Source: Escherichia phage GADS24. From it: 64,000 bases of DNA. Location: the sequence record OQ703618.1. One strand, given 5' to 3'. Position 1 is the stretch's first letter, and each line of letters starts with the position of its first letter. The notes under the pieces are model-generated. The model had not been told where the DNA came from, did no database searches, and was given only the letters and a program-made list of their open reading frames with translations. The position numbers and the translations under genes were made by a program. Below are positions 27,605-41,634 of this stretch, piece by piece.

Positions 27605-27612
27605 TATAAATA
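27605..27612 (+). promoter_or_regulatory. T4 late promoter TATAAATA (gene 9)
   Basis: Exact TATAAATA about 34 nt upstream of gene 9 ATG. Confidence 0.6.
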
Positions 27613-27645
27613 GAATTATAATATAGGACAACAAAAGGCAGAATT

Positions 27646-28518
27646 ATGGCATTTTTTAAGCAAACTCCTAAACAATTAATCGATACTGGCGAAATTGGTA
27701 ATGCCTCAACAGGTGATATCTTATTCGACGGTGGTAATAAAATAAATGACGATATCAACGCTATTTACAACGCATTTGGCGATCAACGTAAAATGGCTGT
27801 AGCAGATGGAACCGGACCTACAGGTCAAACTATTCATGCCACAGGTTATTATCAAAAAGGAAAGGCGGTCGATTATCAAACTCCTATTAAACCCGGCACC
27901 ATGCATGATATTGATGCCTCTGATGGCGGTGTGATTGTTATTATTGACCGTCCTGAATTAGGTGACTCTGTAGAATTCATAAACTCTAATGGGTCTATTT
28001 CTGTTAACAATCCTTTAAGTATCCAAGTAACTGATGGTTCAATTAAAGGTGTTCTTAATAATCTTGTTATTTCCACCCCTTATACTCATGTTGTTCTTCG
28101 TTGTATTGAACTTAATGGGCCAACTTCAGTATGGAATTATTCTACTGATAGCATGTTTGGGCAGAAAGAATCTCCTGTCGATGGGACTTGGAGTCTTACA
28201 GGAAACACCGTTTCTATTCCTCTGTTTTATCGCACAGATTATAACATGGCTAAATTGCTTGTTACATGCCAATCCGCTGACGGTAGAAAAATAAAAACAT
28301 GCGAAATAAATATTCTAATAGATACAATTAACTCAGAAGTTCTTTCTACCGAATTTGCAGTAATGCGAGTTGGTAATGTAGATGAAACCGACGAGATTGC
28401 TAATATTAGCTTTAGTATTATTAACAACTTTGCTACTATGACGATTACATCCGATATTATTGGATTACGTTCAGCAGTTAAAATTATCTCAACTCAGAAA
28501 ATTGGGGTCGCTCAATAA
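27646..28518 (+). CDS. 9: baseplate long-tail-fibre attachment protein gp9
   Basis: 290 aa; MAFFKQTPKQLIDTGEIGNASTGDILFDGGNKIN... Confidence 0.9.
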   Translation: MAFFKQTPKQLIDTGEIGNASTGDILFDGGNKINDDINAIYNAFGDQRKMAVADGTGPTGQTIHATGYYQKGKAVDYQTPIKPGTMHDIDASDGGVIVIIDRPELGDSVEFINSNGSISVNNPLSIQVTDGSIKGVLNNLVISTPYTHVVLRCIELNGPTSVWNYSTDSMFGQKESPVDGTWSLTGNTVSIPLFYRTDYNMAKLLVTCQSADGRKIKTCEINILIDTINSEVLSTEFAVMRVGNVDETDEIANISFSIINNFATMTITSDIIGLRSAVKIISTQKIGVAQ

Positions 28519-30323
28519 TGAAACAAAATATTAAAATTGGTAACGTCGTTGATGACGGACAAGGCGATTACCTTCGTCGAGGTGGTGAAAAAATAAATGA
28601 GAACTTCGACGAAATCTATTATGAATTAGGTGATGGTGAAGTTCCTTACGCCGCTGGCGCATGGAAGACTTATGATGCGGCTGATGGTCTTAATCTTAAG
28701 GCTGCTTGGGGTAAATCTTATGCAATTAATACTACTTCTGGGCGAGTTTCGGTAAATCTTCCTAAAGGGACAATTGCAGACTATAATAAAGTTATTCGTG
28801 CCCGTGACGTATTTGCAACTTGGAACATTAACCCTGTTACTTTAATTCCGGCAAACGGAGACACGATTAAAGGTTCTTCATCTCCGGTAGAAATTAACGT
28901 TCAGTTCTCTGATTTAGAATTAGTTTATTGTGCTCCTGGACGTTGGGAATACATCAAGAACAAACAAATTGATAAAATAGTTAGCTCTGACATTAGTAAT
29001 GTTGCTCGTAGAGAATATCTGGTTGAAACCCAAGGTCAGACCGATTTCATGGATGTTTTTAATGGGACCTCTTATAACGTTAACAACATTCGCGTAAAAC
29101 ATCGCGGTAACGAATTGTATTATGGTGATGTATTCAGTGATAATAGTGATTTTGGTTCTCCGGGCGCTAATCCTGGTGAACTGGTTGCACTTGATGGATT
29201 TAATATTAGATTACGCCAACCATGTAATGTTGGCGACACCGTACAAATTGAGACGTTCCTAGATGGTGTTTCTCAGTGGCGTAGTTCATATACTCGACGC
29301 CAAGTTCGCATTTTAGATAGTAAATTGACTGCTAAAAAGTCTATTGATGGAAGTATTTACGTCACTGATTTGAGTACGTTCCGGTCTATTCCATTTACAG
29401 CATTTGGTGTTAATCCTACGGAGCCACCTAACCCTAATTCGTTAGAAGTTCGCTTCAATGGTATTCTCCAAGAATTAGCTGGTACTGTTGGAACTCCTAT
29501 TTTCCGTTGTGAAGGTGTGGATGCTGATTCTGAAGAGTCATGCGCTAATCTCGGTGGGACATGGACTCAATCGTATACAGATTATGCGATTGAATATACC
29601 GATAATATCCCTAGCGCAATTCTGTTTGACCGTCAATTTGAAGACCAAGACATTATTACCATCACATGGTTTAATAACGATTTAGGAACTCTTCTTGAAA
29701 TGGAAGAAATCCTTGATGTCGCTGATGAGAAATATGTTTCTCAAGGGTCTAACATTGAAATTACTGGTGACGTTGCATTAACCGATTTCGATAAAATTGG
29801 ATGGCCTAATGTAGAACCTGTTCCTAAATATGAACGTGAATTCTCAACTATCTCAGCAATATTTGATTCAATTTATCCTGTCGGGACTATTTACGAAAAT
29901 GCGGTTAACCCTAATAATCCGGCAACTTATTTAGGTTTTGGTTCGTGGAAAATTTGGGGACAAGGCAAAGTATTAGCAGGTTGGAATGATGACGCGTCAG
30001 ATCCTAATTTTGCATTAAATAATAATGACCTTGACATCAATGGTAACCCTACTCATACCGCAGGTGGGACCGTTGGTGTAACAACCATCACATTAGAAAA
30101 TGCTGATTTACCAGCTACACAAACCGATGAAAAGGTTCTTATTTCTGATGATAATGGTACAGTAATTATAGGCGGTTGTCAATATGACCCAGATGAAGAA
30201 GGACCTATTTACACTAAATATCGTGAAGACCATGCAAAGACTAATGGATCTCATGTTCCAGCGCGTTCTATAACTAATATTCAGCCATCTATAACTGTAT
30301 ACCGTTGGGTAAGGATTGCATAA
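28518..30323 (+). CDS. 10: baseplate wedge / short-tail-fibre attachment gp10
   Basis: 601 aa; N-terminus paralogous to gp9 (GDxLRxGGxKIN). Confidence 0.9.
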   Translation: MKQNIKIGNVVDDGQGDYLRRGGEKINENFDEIYYELGDGEVPYAAGAWKTYDAADGLNLKAAWGKSYAINTTSGRVSVNLPKGTIADYNKVIRARDVFATWNINPVTLIPANGDTIKGSSSPVEINVQFSDLELVYCAPGRWEYIKNKQIDKIVSSDISNVARREYLVETQGQTDFMDVFNGTSYNVNNIRVKHRGNELYYGDVFSDNSDFGSPGANPGELVALDGFNIRLRQPCNVGDTVQIETFLDGVSQWRSSYTRRQVRILDSKLTAKKSIDGSIYVTDLSTFRSIPFTAFGVNPTEPPNPNSLEVRFNGILQELAGTVGTPIFRCEGVDADSEESCANLGGTWTQSYTDYAIEYTDNIPSAILFDRQFEDQDIITITWFNNDLGTLLEMEEILDVADEKYVSQGSNIEITGDVALTDFDKIGWPNVEPVPKYEREFSTISAIFDSIYPVGTIYENAVNPNNPATYLGFGSWKIWGQGKVLAGWNDDASDPNFALNNNDLDINGNPTHTAGGTVGVTTITLENADLPATQTDEKVLISDDNGTVIIGGCQYDPDEEGPIYTKYREDHAKTNGSHVPARSITNIQPSITVYRWVRIA

Positions 30324-30982
30324 TGACTGTACTTAATACAAAGGCGGGAGTTATTTCCCGTCATGCTGATTTTTTGAATTACAGAAAAAATCCAGCTCAA
30401 ATTGATGTTTTAAACAACCAAGCTGTAGGTTCCGTGACTATTTCTCAGTTAGCTCGCGGTTTTTATGATGCTAACGTAGAATCTGCAATAAATGATGTCC
30501 ATAATATGGCACGAGCTGATATTGGTACTGTTGTCACAAACACTTCAGGTGTATCGCCTGAAGGTGCAGCACAAGTTGATTATTGGACTTTTTCTGGTGA
30601 TGTTCTCGACGATACTTTGGCCCCTGGAACGCCGGTCGTTATTAACGTATTTGGACTTGCTGTTAAAGCAACAATCGGTATGACTGATAACGAATTAACG
30701 GCACAAGTTCGTATAGCTTTACAAGAAGCCATTGCTAATCAAATCGCTATTTCTTCTTATAAAGACCATCCATCCGAAGGTAATAAACTTCAGGTGACAT
30801 ATTTAGATAACCAACGTCATGTGTTGCCAACATATGCTTCGTTTGGTGTAACAATTTCGCAAGAAATTTTGTCTGAAGCAAAATCCGGATACGGAACATG
30901 GAATTTATTAGGTGCCCAAACGGTTACTCTTGATAACCATGATACTCCTACCGTTTTCTACCACTTTGTGAGAGCCTCATGA
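30323..30982 (+). CDS. 11: baseplate wedge protein gp11
   Basis: 219 aa from MTVLNTKAG; TAATG overlap with gene 10. Confidence 0.85.
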   Translation: MTVLNTKAGVISRHADFLNYRKNPAQIDVLNNQAVGSVTISQLARGFYDANVESAINDVHNMARADIGTVVTNTSGVSPEGAAQVDYWTFSGDVLDDTLAPGTPVVINVFGLAVKATIGMTDNELTAQVRIALQEAIANQIAISSYKDHPSEGNKLQVTYLDNQRHVLPTYASFGVTISQEILSEAKSGYGTWNLLGAQTVTLDNHDTPTVFYHFVRAS

Positions 30983-32562
30983 GTAATAACAATACATACC
31001 AACACGTTTCAAATGAATCTATTTACGTTGAATTCGACCCTACTGGGTCGAATTTTCCAGATACGGTCACTAATGTCCAAGCCGCATTAGCTGCTATTTC
31101 TCCTTCAGGTGTTAACGGCGTCCCGGAAGCAACAACTACTACACCAGGAATTATTCAAATAGCTACTCCACAAGAAGTTATTGATGGATTAGATAATAGT
31201 AAAGCTGTTACTCCGGCATCACTGAATGCTCGTCTACAATATCCTAATGCAACCGAAACTCAATATGGCTTAACTCGTTATGCTACTGAAGACGAAGCAG
31301 TAACCGGAGCTATTGACGATGCATCAATTACTCCGCTTAAATTGAATCAAAAAATAGACAATGTATTTCAGACAAAAGTGTCAACAGAAGCAACAAATGG
31401 TGTAATTAAAATTTCAACTTCTGCTGCGGCATTAGCTGGTTCTGACGATACGACGGCAATGACTCCGTTAAAAACGCAACAATTAGCAATTAAACTTATT
31501 TCGCAAATTGCTCCAAATAATAGTGACGCCACCGAATCTATTACAGGTGTTGTTCGTTTGGCTACAGTTGCTCAAGCACAACAAGGCACCCTGCGTGAAG
31601 GCTATGCAATTTCACCTTATACCTTTATGAATTCAGTAGCATCAGAAACTAATAAAGGTGTCGTTAAACTAGGGACACAGACTGAAGTAAATAGTAACAA
31701 CTCTTCAGCTGTAGTGACCGGCGCAACATTAAACGGACGCGGGGCTACAACTTCTTTACGTGGAGTTGTTCGTTTAACTACACAAGCGGGTAGCCAATCA
31801 GGTGGTGATGGTTCTTCTGCCCTTGCTTGGAATGCTGATGTTATCCACCAACGAGGCGGACAAACTATTAATGGTACGCTTCGCATTAATAATACGTTGA
31901 CGGTCGGTTCTGGTGGCGCTAATATAACTGGTAATGTCAATATGTCTGGTGGTTATATTCAAGGCAATCGTATTGTGACTCAAAATGAATTAGACCGAAT
32001 TCTTCCAGTTGGCGCTATTACAATGTGGGCTGCAGATAGTTTACCGAGTTCTGACTGGCGCTTCTGTCACGGTGGGACCGTTTCTGCTTCAGAATGTCCA
32101 GTATATGCTTCCAGAATTGGGACACGATATGGTGGTAGTTCTTCTAACCCAGGCTTGCCTGATATGCGTGGATTATTTGTTCGCGGCTCAGGACGTGGTA
32201 ACCATTTAACTAACCCTAATGTTAATGGTAATGACCAATTCGGTAAGCCTCGTCTGGCGGTAGGTTGTACCGGTGGATATGTTGGTGAAGTGCAAAAACA
32301 ACAGATGTCATATCATAAGCATGCTGGCGGTTTTGGTGAACATGACGATGCAGGAGCATTCGGTAATACTCGTCGTTCAAACTTTGTTGGTACTCGTAAA
32401 GGACTTGACTGGGATAACCGTTCGTATTTTACTAACGATGGATATGAAATTGATCCAGCGTCTCAGCGTAACTCTAAATATACCCTGAATCGTCCAGAAT
32501 TAATTGGAAATGAAACTCGCCCATGGAATATTTCTTTAAACTATATCATTAAGGTAAAATAA
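30979..32562 (+). CDS. 12: short tail fibre gp12
   Basis: 527 aa as T4 gp12. Confidence 0.9.
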   Translation: MSNNNTYQHVSNESIYVEFDPTGSNFPDTVTNVQAALAAISPSGVNGVPEATTTTPGIIQIATPQEVIDGLDNSKAVTPASLNARLQYPNATETQYGLTRYATEDEAVTGAIDDASITPLKLNQKIDNVFQTKVSTEATNGVIKISTSAAALAGSDDTTAMTPLKTQQLAIKLISQIAPNNSDATESITGVVRLATVAQAQQGTLREGYAISPYTFMNSVASETNKGVVKLGTQTEVNSNNSSAVVTGATLNGRGATTSLRGVVRLTTQAGSQSGGDGSSALAWNADVIHQRGGQTINGTLRINNTLTVGSGGANITGNVNMSGGYIQGNRIVTQNELDRILPVGAITMWAADSLPSSDWRFCHGGTVSASECPVYASRIGTRYGGSSSNPGLPDMRGLFVRGSGRGNHLTNPNVNGNDQFGKPRLAVGCTGGYVGEVQKQQMSYHKHAGGFGEHDDAGAFGNTRRSNFVGTRKGLDWDNRSYFTNDGYEIDPASQRNSKYTLNRPELIGNETRPWNISLNYIIKVK

Positions 32563-34010
32563 TGACTGATATAACTCTGGTAGATTTACCATATGTTGAC
32601 GGCCCGCCAGACGCGGGTCAGAGTCGTATTGAATGGATTAAAAACGATGAAGAAATAACAGGTGCTGACACAAAATACGGTTCTGAAGGTGTAATGAACC
32701 GTCCTATTGTTGAAGTTCAACGTAACGTAGAAGCGTTAGATGTTAATATTAAAACTATAGCATCTTCTTTGAATACAGCCAATGAAGATATCAAAGCTAT
32801 TCAAGGTATTTTAGATGTTTCTGGGGATGTTGATGCTCTTGCACAGATAGGCCAGAACACCCAAGATATCGATGTCATTAAAGTCACAGTTCAAACCCAT
32901 GCTAGTGAATTGAATGATTTGAATGAACATATTGATGCGAATACTGATGATATTGGTGTTTATAATCAGGAAACAGATTCAGTTTATAGAACGGTTCGTA
33001 ACGACCTGCTTTGGATTAAAAATGAATTAGGACAATATACCGGTCAAGATATTAATGGGGTTCCTACTCCAGGAAATGATAGCACTGGTATGAAACGCCG
33101 TATTATGACTAATAGCTCCGTAATTGTTGACCACGGTGTTCGATTAACTGATTTAGAAACTAAATTTGCTGATTCTGACGTCGGCTCTTTAACTATTGAA
33201 GTCGAACACTTGCGCGAAGAAATGGGGCCTCGCACTTCTTTCACTACTCCAGTGTTTAGTCGTCTTTCCGGTATTGATTTAACTTTGTCGCGTCAAAATG
33301 CTGACTTGGATGGCATTAAACAGTCTATTGGGTATCCTAATACGACTTCTATTATTACTACCACTAATGCAAATAGTTCAGCAATAAATGACATTAATCT
33401 TGAGCTCAATCAATCAGGTGGTATTAAACCTCGTTTGACTACGGTAGAAACTGCCATTGGCGCTGATGATTTGCCTACTACAATCCAAGGACGTATTAAA
33501 CTCAATACTGATGCTATCGGAGCATTGAATACTGTTGTCGGCTCTGATTCTTCGTCAGGATTGCGTTTTAATGTGTCATGGTTAAATAACGTAGTTGGTG
33601 TTGACGCTTCAGGTGGGAAACCGGAACCAGACGGCTCTTTGCTTTATCGTACTCGAGAGCTTGAAGGAACTATCGGTGGGCTGAGTAATGACATTCAGAA
33701 CATTCAAACTGATGTTGGGACTAATTCCACAGGAATTAAGGGTTCTGTAAACACATTAAATACTCTTATAAATGGCACCAACCCAAATGGTTCGACTGTT
33801 GAAGAACGCGGTATATTGCCTACAGTTAAAAGTCATGATACGACAATTAATGGTTTAACTTCTAGAATTGCTACTCTTGAAACTGATTTGGCCGCTGCAG
33901 AAGCTGAAATCCAAACTCTTAAGGACGCTGGATATATTGAAGATGCTCCTTCAGACGGTAAATTCTATGTTCGCAAAGATGGTGCATGGGTTGAACTTCC
34001 TACAGCTTAA
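32562..34010 (+). CDS. wac: fibritin (whisker antigen control)
   Basis: 482 aa coiled-coil; C-terminal foldon GYIEDAPSDGKFYVRKDGAWVELPTA. Confidence 0.92.
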   Translation: MTDITLVDLPYVDGPPDAGQSRIEWIKNDEEITGADTKYGSEGVMNRPIVEVQRNVEALDVNIKTIASSLNTANEDIKAIQGILDVSGDVDALAQIGQNTQDIDVIKVTVQTHASELNDLNEHIDANTDDIGVYNQETDSVYRTVRNDLLWIKNELGQYTGQDINGVPTPGNDSTGMKRRIMTNSSVIVDHGVRLTDLETKFADSDVGSLTIEVEHLREEMGPRTSFTTPVFSRLSGIDLTLSRQNADLDGIKQSIGYPNTTSIITTTNANSSAINDINLELNQSGGIKPRLTTVETAIGADDLPTTIQGRIKLNTDAIGALNTVVGSDSSSGLRFNVSWLNNVVGVDASGGKPEPDGSLLYRTRELEGTIGGLSNDIQNIQTDVGTNSTGIKGSVNTLNTLINGTNPNGSTVEERGILPTVKSHDTTINGLTSRIATLETDLAAAEAEIQTLKDAGYIEDAPSDGKFYVRKDGAWVELPTA

Positions 34011-34016
34011 TGAAAA

Positions 34017-34030
34017 GGGCCTTCGGGCCC
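34017..34030 (+). promoter_or_regulatory. GC hairpin with TTCG tetraloop after wac (possible weak terminator or processing element)
   Basis: GGGCC-TTCG-GGCCC; no T-run; followed by AAAGGA SD of gene 13. Confidence 0.4.
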
Positions 34031-34042
34031 TAAAGGATTTAT

Positions 34043-34969
34043 ATGTCAGGTTATAATGCACAAAACCCTAAAGAATTAAAGGATGTAATATTACGTCGTT
34101 TAGGCGCTCCTATTGTAAATGTTGAATTAACTACAGATCAAATTTATGATTGTATTTCACGAGCGTTAGAACTTTATGGCGAATACCATTTTGACGGGTT
34201 GAATAAAGGTTTCCATGTATTTTTTGTTGATGACGAAGAAAAATACCGTCACGGCGTATTTGATATGCGTGGTTCTAACGTATTTGCTGTAACAGGAATT
34301 ATAAGAACAAACGTTGGCTCTATTACTTCAATGGATGGTAATGCAACTTATCCATGGTTCACTGATTTCCTTTTAGGAATGGCCGGTGTTTCAGGTGGTA
34401 TGGGTAGTAATTGCGGTAAATTCTACGGGCCAAACGCTTTTGGCGCTGATCTCGGGTATTATTCTCAATTAGTATCTTATATGGGTATGCTTCAAGATAT
34501 GATTGCTCCTCTTCCAGATTTTTGGTTTAACTCTGCAAACGAGCAATTAAAAGTAATGGGTAACTTTAGACAGAAAGATGTCATTATCGTTGAATCGTAT
34601 GTTCGCTCTTATATCGAGACCCATAAGATGGTAGGAAATACAGTAGGGTACGGTCAAGTAGGTCCTCGTGATTCATGGTCTATTTCTGAACGTTATGATA
34701 ATCCAGACCATAATTTGGTCGGACGTCGAGTTGGTGAAGATCCTGCAACTAAACAAGGCGCATATAACAACCGCTGGGTTAAAGATTATGCAACTGCATT
34801 AGCTAAAGAGCTTAATGGACAAATTCTTGCTAAACATCAAGGTATGATGTTACCCGGTGGTGTCACTGTTGATGGTGTTCGATTAATTGAAGAAGCTCGT
34901 TTAGAGAAAGAAGCTTTACGAGAAGAGTTATATTTACTGGACCCTCCTGCAGGTATTTTGGTAGGTTAA
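34043..34969 (+). CDS. 13: head completion (neck) protein gp13
   Basis: 308 aa, position after wac. Confidence 0.85.
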   Translation: MSGYNAQNPKELKDVILRRLGAPIVNVELTTDQIYDCISRALELYGEYHFDGLNKGFHVFFVDDEEKYRHGVFDMRGSNVFAVTGIIRTNVGSITSMDGNATYPWFTDFLLGMAGVSGGMGSNCGKFYGPNAFGADLGYYSQLVSYMGMLQDMIAPLPDFWFNSANEQLKVMGNFRQKDVIIVESYVRSYIETHKMVGNTVGYGQVGPRDSWSISERYDNPDHNLVGRRVGEDPATKQGAYNNRWVKDYATALAKELNGQILAKHQGMMLPGGVTVDGVRLIEEARLEKEALREELYLLDPPAGILVG

Positions 34970-34970
34970 T

Positions 34971-35735
34971 ATGGCAACTTATGATAAAAATCTTTTCGCC
35001 AAACTAGAAAATCGCGGTGGGTATTCTCAGACAAATGAGACTGAAATTCTCAATCCATTTGTCAATTTTAATAACTATGAGAATAGTCAGACATTAGCCG
35101 ATGTTCTAGTGGCAGAAAGCATACAGATGCGCGGTATTGAATGTTTTTATGTTCCACGTGAATATGTTGCCGTGGACCTTATCTTTGGTGAGGACCTTAA
35201 AAATAAATTTACTAAAGCATGGAAATTTGCTGCATATCTGAACTCTTTTGAAGGTTATGAAGGAGCGAAATCGTTCTTCAGCAACTTCGGAATGCAAGTT
35301 CAAGACGAAGTTACATTATCTATTAACCCGGGTCTTTTCAAACACCAGGTCAACAATCAGGAGCCTAAGGAAGGTGATTTAATATACTTCCCAATGGACA
35401 ACAGTTTGTTTGAGATTAACTGGGTTGAACCATATGACCCATTCTATCAAGTAGGTAAAAATGCGATTCGTAAAATTACTGCAGGCAAGTTTATTTACTC
35501 TGGTGAAGAAATCAATCCGGTGCTTCAGAAAAATGAAGGTATCAATATACCTGAATTTAGTGACTTGGAACTTAACCCTGTTAGAAATCTTGACGGTATC
35601 CATGACATTAATATCGATGAATATTCTGAAGTTGAGCAAATCAATTCAGAGGCAAGTGAATACGTTGAGCCGTACGTAGTAGTTAACAACCGTGGTAGAC
35701 AAAATTCACCATTTGACGATGGGTTTATGAATTAA
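34971..35735 (+). CDS. 14: head completion (neck) protein gp14
   Basis: 254 aa. Confidence 0.85.
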   Translation: MATYDKNLFAKLENRGGYSQTNETEILNPFVNFNNYENSQTLADVLVAESIQMRGIECFYVPREYVAVDLIFGEDLKNKFTKAWKFAAYLNSFEGYEGAKSFFSNFGMQVQDEVTLSINPGLFKHQVNNQEPKEGDLIYFPMDNSLFEINWVEPYDPFYQVGKNAIRKITAGKFIYSGEEINPVLQKNEGINIPEFSDLELNPVRNLDGIHDINIDEYSEVEQINSEASEYVEPYVVVNNRGRQNSPFDDGFMN

Positions 35736-35784
35736 TAAATAGATAAGATAAAGCAAACACCGGTCGAAAGGCCGGTTAGGAGAA

Positions 35785-36609
35785 ATGATGTTTGGCTATT
35801 TTTACAACTCGTCGTTCAGGCGATATATCACAATGATGGGCGATTTGTTTTCAAATATCCAAGTTAACCGTCAATTGTCTACAGGCAATAAATTAATTAG
35901 AGTTCCTATTACGTATGCATCTAAAGAGCACTTTATGATGAAACTTAATAAATGGACCTCTATAAACTCACAAGAAGATGTGGCTAAAGTCGAAACTATT
36001 CTACCACGTATAAATCTCCAAATGGTAGATTTCGTTTATAACCCAACGTTTAAAACGAATATATTGAATAACTCTCTTTTGAGTAAATCGACTAAGGATA
36101 TTGTAGACCAATACAACCCATCACCAATTAAAATGATTTTTGAACTGAGCATCTTTACTCGTTATGAAGATGATATGTTCCAAATCGTTGAGCAAATTAT
36201 TCCATATTTTCAGCCGCATTTTAATACGACTATGATTGAGCAATATGGGCAGGATATTCCATTTGAAAGGGATATTAAAGTCGTATGGATGGCAGCAGCA
36301 ATGGATGAACAAATAGACGGTGATAATTTATCTCGTCGACGTTTAGAGTGGTCATTAACATTTGAAGTAAATGGATGGATGTATCCTCCGGTAGGCGCAG
36401 CTGAAGGCCTTATTAAAACGACTTATCTTGATTTTCATGCTAATGAACGAGACCTTCAAACAGCCGCCAGCGTTTTTGAATCAGTTGATACAGAAATTAA
36501 ACCGAGAGACGTTGAAGCACAAGATTGGAATGGTGAAGTTGAACAAACTTATACTCATGATATTCCAATCCCGACTCCACCAACCCCTCCTGGTCCTAGA
36601 AAACAATAA
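35785..36609 (+). CDS. 15: tail sheath stabiliser / tail terminator gp15
   Basis: 274 aa. Confidence 0.85.
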   Translation: MMFGYFYNSSFRRYITMMGDLFSNIQVNRQLSTGNKLIRVPITYASKEHFMMKLNKWTSINSQEDVAKVETILPRINLQMVDFVYNPTFKTNILNNSLLSKSTKDIVDQYNPSPIKMIFELSIFTRYEDDMFQIVEQIIPYFQPHFNTTMIEQYGQDIPFERDIKVVWMAAAMDEQIDGDNLSRRRLEWSLTFEVNGWMYPPVGAAEGLIKTTYLDFHANERDLQTAASVFESVDTEIKPRDVEAQDWNGEVEQTYTHDIPIPTPPTPPGPRKQ

Positions 36610-38935
<2,326 letters not shown>

Positions 38936-38962
38936 AAATAAAGCAAATTAAGAGGAATTAAA

Positions 38963-40945
38963 ATGGCACTTCTCTCTCCGGGCGTTGAGCTCAAAGAAAC
39001 TACCGTACAGAGTACTGTAGTTAATAACTCCACTGGTACTGCTGCCCTGGCTGGAAAATTCCAATGGGGACCTGCATTCCAGATTAAACAAATCACTGAT
39101 GAAGTTGCATTGGTTGATATGTTTGGTACTCCTAATACGGATACAGCAGATTATTTCATGTCTGCTATGAACTTCCTTCAATACGGTAATGACCTTCGTG
39201 TTGTACGCGCAGTTGATCGTGATACTGCTAAGAACTCATCTCCTGTAGCAGGCAATATTGAATTCACAATCTCTGCTGCTGGTAGTAACTATGCAGTTGG
39301 TGATAAAATTATCGTTAAGTATTTGACCGAAACTGTTGAAGCAGATGGTTATGTCACTTCAGTTGATGTCGATGGTAAAATTCTTAACATTTATATCCCA
39401 ACTGGTAAAATTATTGCTCGTGCAAAAGAAATTAATGAATATCCGGCATTGGGTTCTAACTGGACCGCCGAAGTTGCCAGTTCTTCTTCTGGACTTTCTG
39501 GCGTTATTACAATTGGTTCTATCGTAACCGATTCGGGTATTCTGTTAACTGAAGTTGAAACTTCTGAAGAAGCTATTACTTCTCTAACTTTCCAAGAATC
39601 TATTAAAAAATATGGTGTCCCAGGCGTAGTTGCTCTTTATCCTGGTGAACTTGGTGACCAGCTCGAAATTGAAATCGTATCTAAAGCAGACTATGACAAA
39701 GGTGCTTCAGCCCAGTTAAAAATTTATCCTGATGGTGGTACTCGTGCATCTACGGCTAAAGCAATCTTTGGGTATGGCCCACAAACTGATGACCAATATG
39801 CAATTATCGTTCGTCGTAACGATGCAGTAGTTCAGAGCGTAGTTCTTTCTACTAAACGTGGTGAACGCGATATCTATGGTAGTAATATCTTTATTGATGA
39901 TTTCTTTGCTAAAGGCGCAAGCAATTATATTTTCGCTACTGCACAAGGTTGGCCAAAAGGTTTCTCCGGCGTAATCAAATTGGGTGGTGGCTTATCATCT
40001 AATGAAACGGTTGACGCTGGTGATTTAATGGAAGCTTGGGATTTGTTTGCCGACCGCGAATCTGTTAATGCGCAGTTGTTTATTGCCGGTTCTTGTGCAG
40101 GTGAATCTTTAGAAGTTGCTTCTACAGTTCAGAAACATGTTGTAGCAATTGGTGATTCTCGCCAAGATTGTTTGGTTCTTTGCTCACCGCCACGTGCAAC
40201 TATAGTCGGTATTCCTGTTAATCGTGCAGTTGATAATCTGGTTGATTGGCGTACTGCGTCAGGAACTTACACTGATAATAACTTTAATGTAAGTTCTACT
40301 TATGCTGCTATTGACGGTAACTATAAATATCAATATGACAAATATAATGATGTGAATCGTTGGGTTCCATTAGCTGCTGATATTGCTGGTCTTTGTGCTC
40401 GCACAGACAATATTTCTCAGCCTTGGATGTCTCCTGCTGGTTATAACCGTGGACAAATTCTTAACGTTATTAAGCTTGCAATTGAAACTCGTCAACCGCA
40501 GCGTGATCGTTTGTATCAGGAAGCTATTAACCCTGTTACTGGTACAGGTGGTGATGGGTATGTTCTGTATGGCGATAAAACTGCCACTTCTGTTCCTTCA
40601 CCGTTTGACCGTATTAACGTTCGTCGTTTGTTCAATATGGTTAAAACGAACATTGGTTCAGCATCTAAATATCGTCTGTTTGAATTGAACAACGCATTTA
40701 CCCGTTCTTCTTTCCGCACAGAGACTTCTCAATATCTACAGGGTATTAAAGCTCTTGGTGGTGTATATAACTTTAAAGTTGTTTGTGATACTACCAATAA
40801 CACCCCAGCAGTTATCGACCGTAATGAATTTGTAGCTACTTTCTACTTACAACCTGCCCGCTCGATAAATTATATTACGTTGAACTTTGTAGCAACAGCA
40901 ACTGGTGCCGATTTCGACGAACTAATTGGTGCTGTAGGTGGCTAA
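38963..40945 (+). CDS. 18: tail sheath protein gp18
   Basis: 660 aa; MALLSPGVELKETTVQS... Confidence 0.95.
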   Translation: MALLSPGVELKETTVQSTVVNNSTGTAALAGKFQWGPAFQIKQITDEVALVDMFGTPNTDTADYFMSAMNFLQYGNDLRVVRAVDRDTAKNSSPVAGNIEFTISAAGSNYAVGDKIIVKYLTETVEADGYVTSVDVDGKILNIYIPTGKIIARAKEINEYPALGSNWTAEVASSSSGLSGVITIGSIVTDSGILLTEVETSEEAITSLTFQESIKKYGVPGVVALYPGELGDQLEIEIVSKADYDKGASAQLKIYPDGGTRASTAKAIFGYGPQTDDQYAIIVRRNDAVVQSVVLSTKRGERDIYGSNIFIDDFFAKGASNYIFATAQGWPKGFSGVIKLGGGLSSNETVDAGDLMEAWDLFADRESVNAQLFIAGSCAGESLEVASTVQKHVVAIGDSRQDCLVLCSPPRATIVGIPVNRAVDNLVDWRTASGTYTDNNFNVSSTYAAIDGNYKYQYDKYNDVNRWVPLAADIAGLCARTDNISQPWMSPAGYNRGQILNVIKLAIETRQPQRDRLYQEAINPVTGTGGDGYVLYGDKTATSVPSPFDRINVRRLFNMVKTNIGSASKYRLFELNNAFTRSSFRTETSQYLQGIKALGGVYNFKVVCDTTNNTPAVIDRNEFVATFYLQPARSINYITLNFVATATGADFDELIGAVGG

Positions 40946-40956
40946 TAAGACGCCTG

Positions 40957-40985
40957 ATGGGCTATTTCGGTAGCCCATATAAATA
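40957..40985 (+). promoter_or_regulatory. hairpin ATGGGCTA-TTTCGG-TAGCCCAT overlapping late promoter TATAAATA (40978-40985)
   Basis: 8-bp stem after gene 18; TATAAATA begins at the last stem base; a second ATGGGC...GCCCAT hairpin at 41013-41040. Confidence 0.5.
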
Positions 40986-41058
40986 TAACTATATCGTTTA
41001 AAAATTAATTCTATGGGCATCCGGTTAATCCTGAGCCCATATTACTACAGAGGCTAAT

Positions 41059-41550
41059 ATGTTTGTAGATGACGTAACTCGTGCCTTCGAATCAGGTGAT
41101 TTCGCTCGCCCTAACCTATTCGAAGTAGAAATCTCTTATCTTGGGCAAAACTTTAGCTTCCAGTGTCGTGCTACGGCTCTTCCTGCTGCGATCGTTGAAA
41201 AGGTTCCTGTTTCTTATATGAACCGTAAAATTAACGTGGCTGGTGATCGTACATTCGATGATTGGACTATTACAGTAATGAACGATGATGCTCATAGCAT
41301 TCGTCAGAAATTTGTTGATTGGCAAGGTATTGCAGCAGGACAAGGTAATGAAATTACCGGCGGTAAACCTGCTGAATATAAAAAGACTGCTATCGTTCGT
41401 CAATTTGCTCGTGATGCTAAAACGGTCACTAAAGAAGTTGAAATTGTTGGCTTGTGGCCTACTAACGTTGGTGAAGTATCTCTTGACTGGGACAGCAATA
41501 ACGAGATTGAAACGTTCGAAGTAACTCTTGCTCTTGATTGGTGGGAATAA
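41059..41550 (+). CDS. 19: tail tube protein gp19
   Basis: 163 aa as T4 gp19. Confidence 0.95.
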   Translation: MFVDDVTRAFESGDFARPNLFEVEISYLGQNFSFQCRATALPAAIVEKVPVSYMNRKINVAGDRTFDDWTITVMNDDAHSIRQKFVDWQGIAAGQGNEITGGKPAEYKKTAIVRQFARDAKTVTKEVEIVGLWPTNVGEVSLDWDSNNEIETFEVTLALDWWE

Positions 41551-41556
41551 TCTGGT

Positions 41557-41572
41557 TGGGGAGAAATCCCCA
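41557..41572 (+). promoter_or_regulatory. GGGGA-GAAA-TCCCC hairpin after gene 19
   Basis: GNRA-tetraloop hairpin without T-run. Confidence 0.4.
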
Positions 41573-41598
41573 GCTTCCCGTGATGACGGAGAAGTCCA

Positions 41599-41606
41599 TA
41601 TAAATA
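41599..41606 (+). promoter_or_regulatory. T4 late promoter TATAAATA (gene 20)
   Basis: Exact TATAAATA 29 nt upstream of gene 20 ATG. Confidence 0.6.
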
Positions 41607-41634
41607 TAACTATAATTCCCATTCGGAGAATACA

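Noticed and set aside
35739-35747. TAATAAATA as a late promoter for gene 15
   Set aside because: One mismatch from the strictly conserved TATAAATA; not called without transcript data
35749-35756. MotA-box-like TTGCTTTA on the minus strand (also at 38939-38946)
   Set aside because: Would drive antisense transcription into late structural genes; more likely part of a conserved late-gene leader (ATAAAGCAAA) on the plus strand
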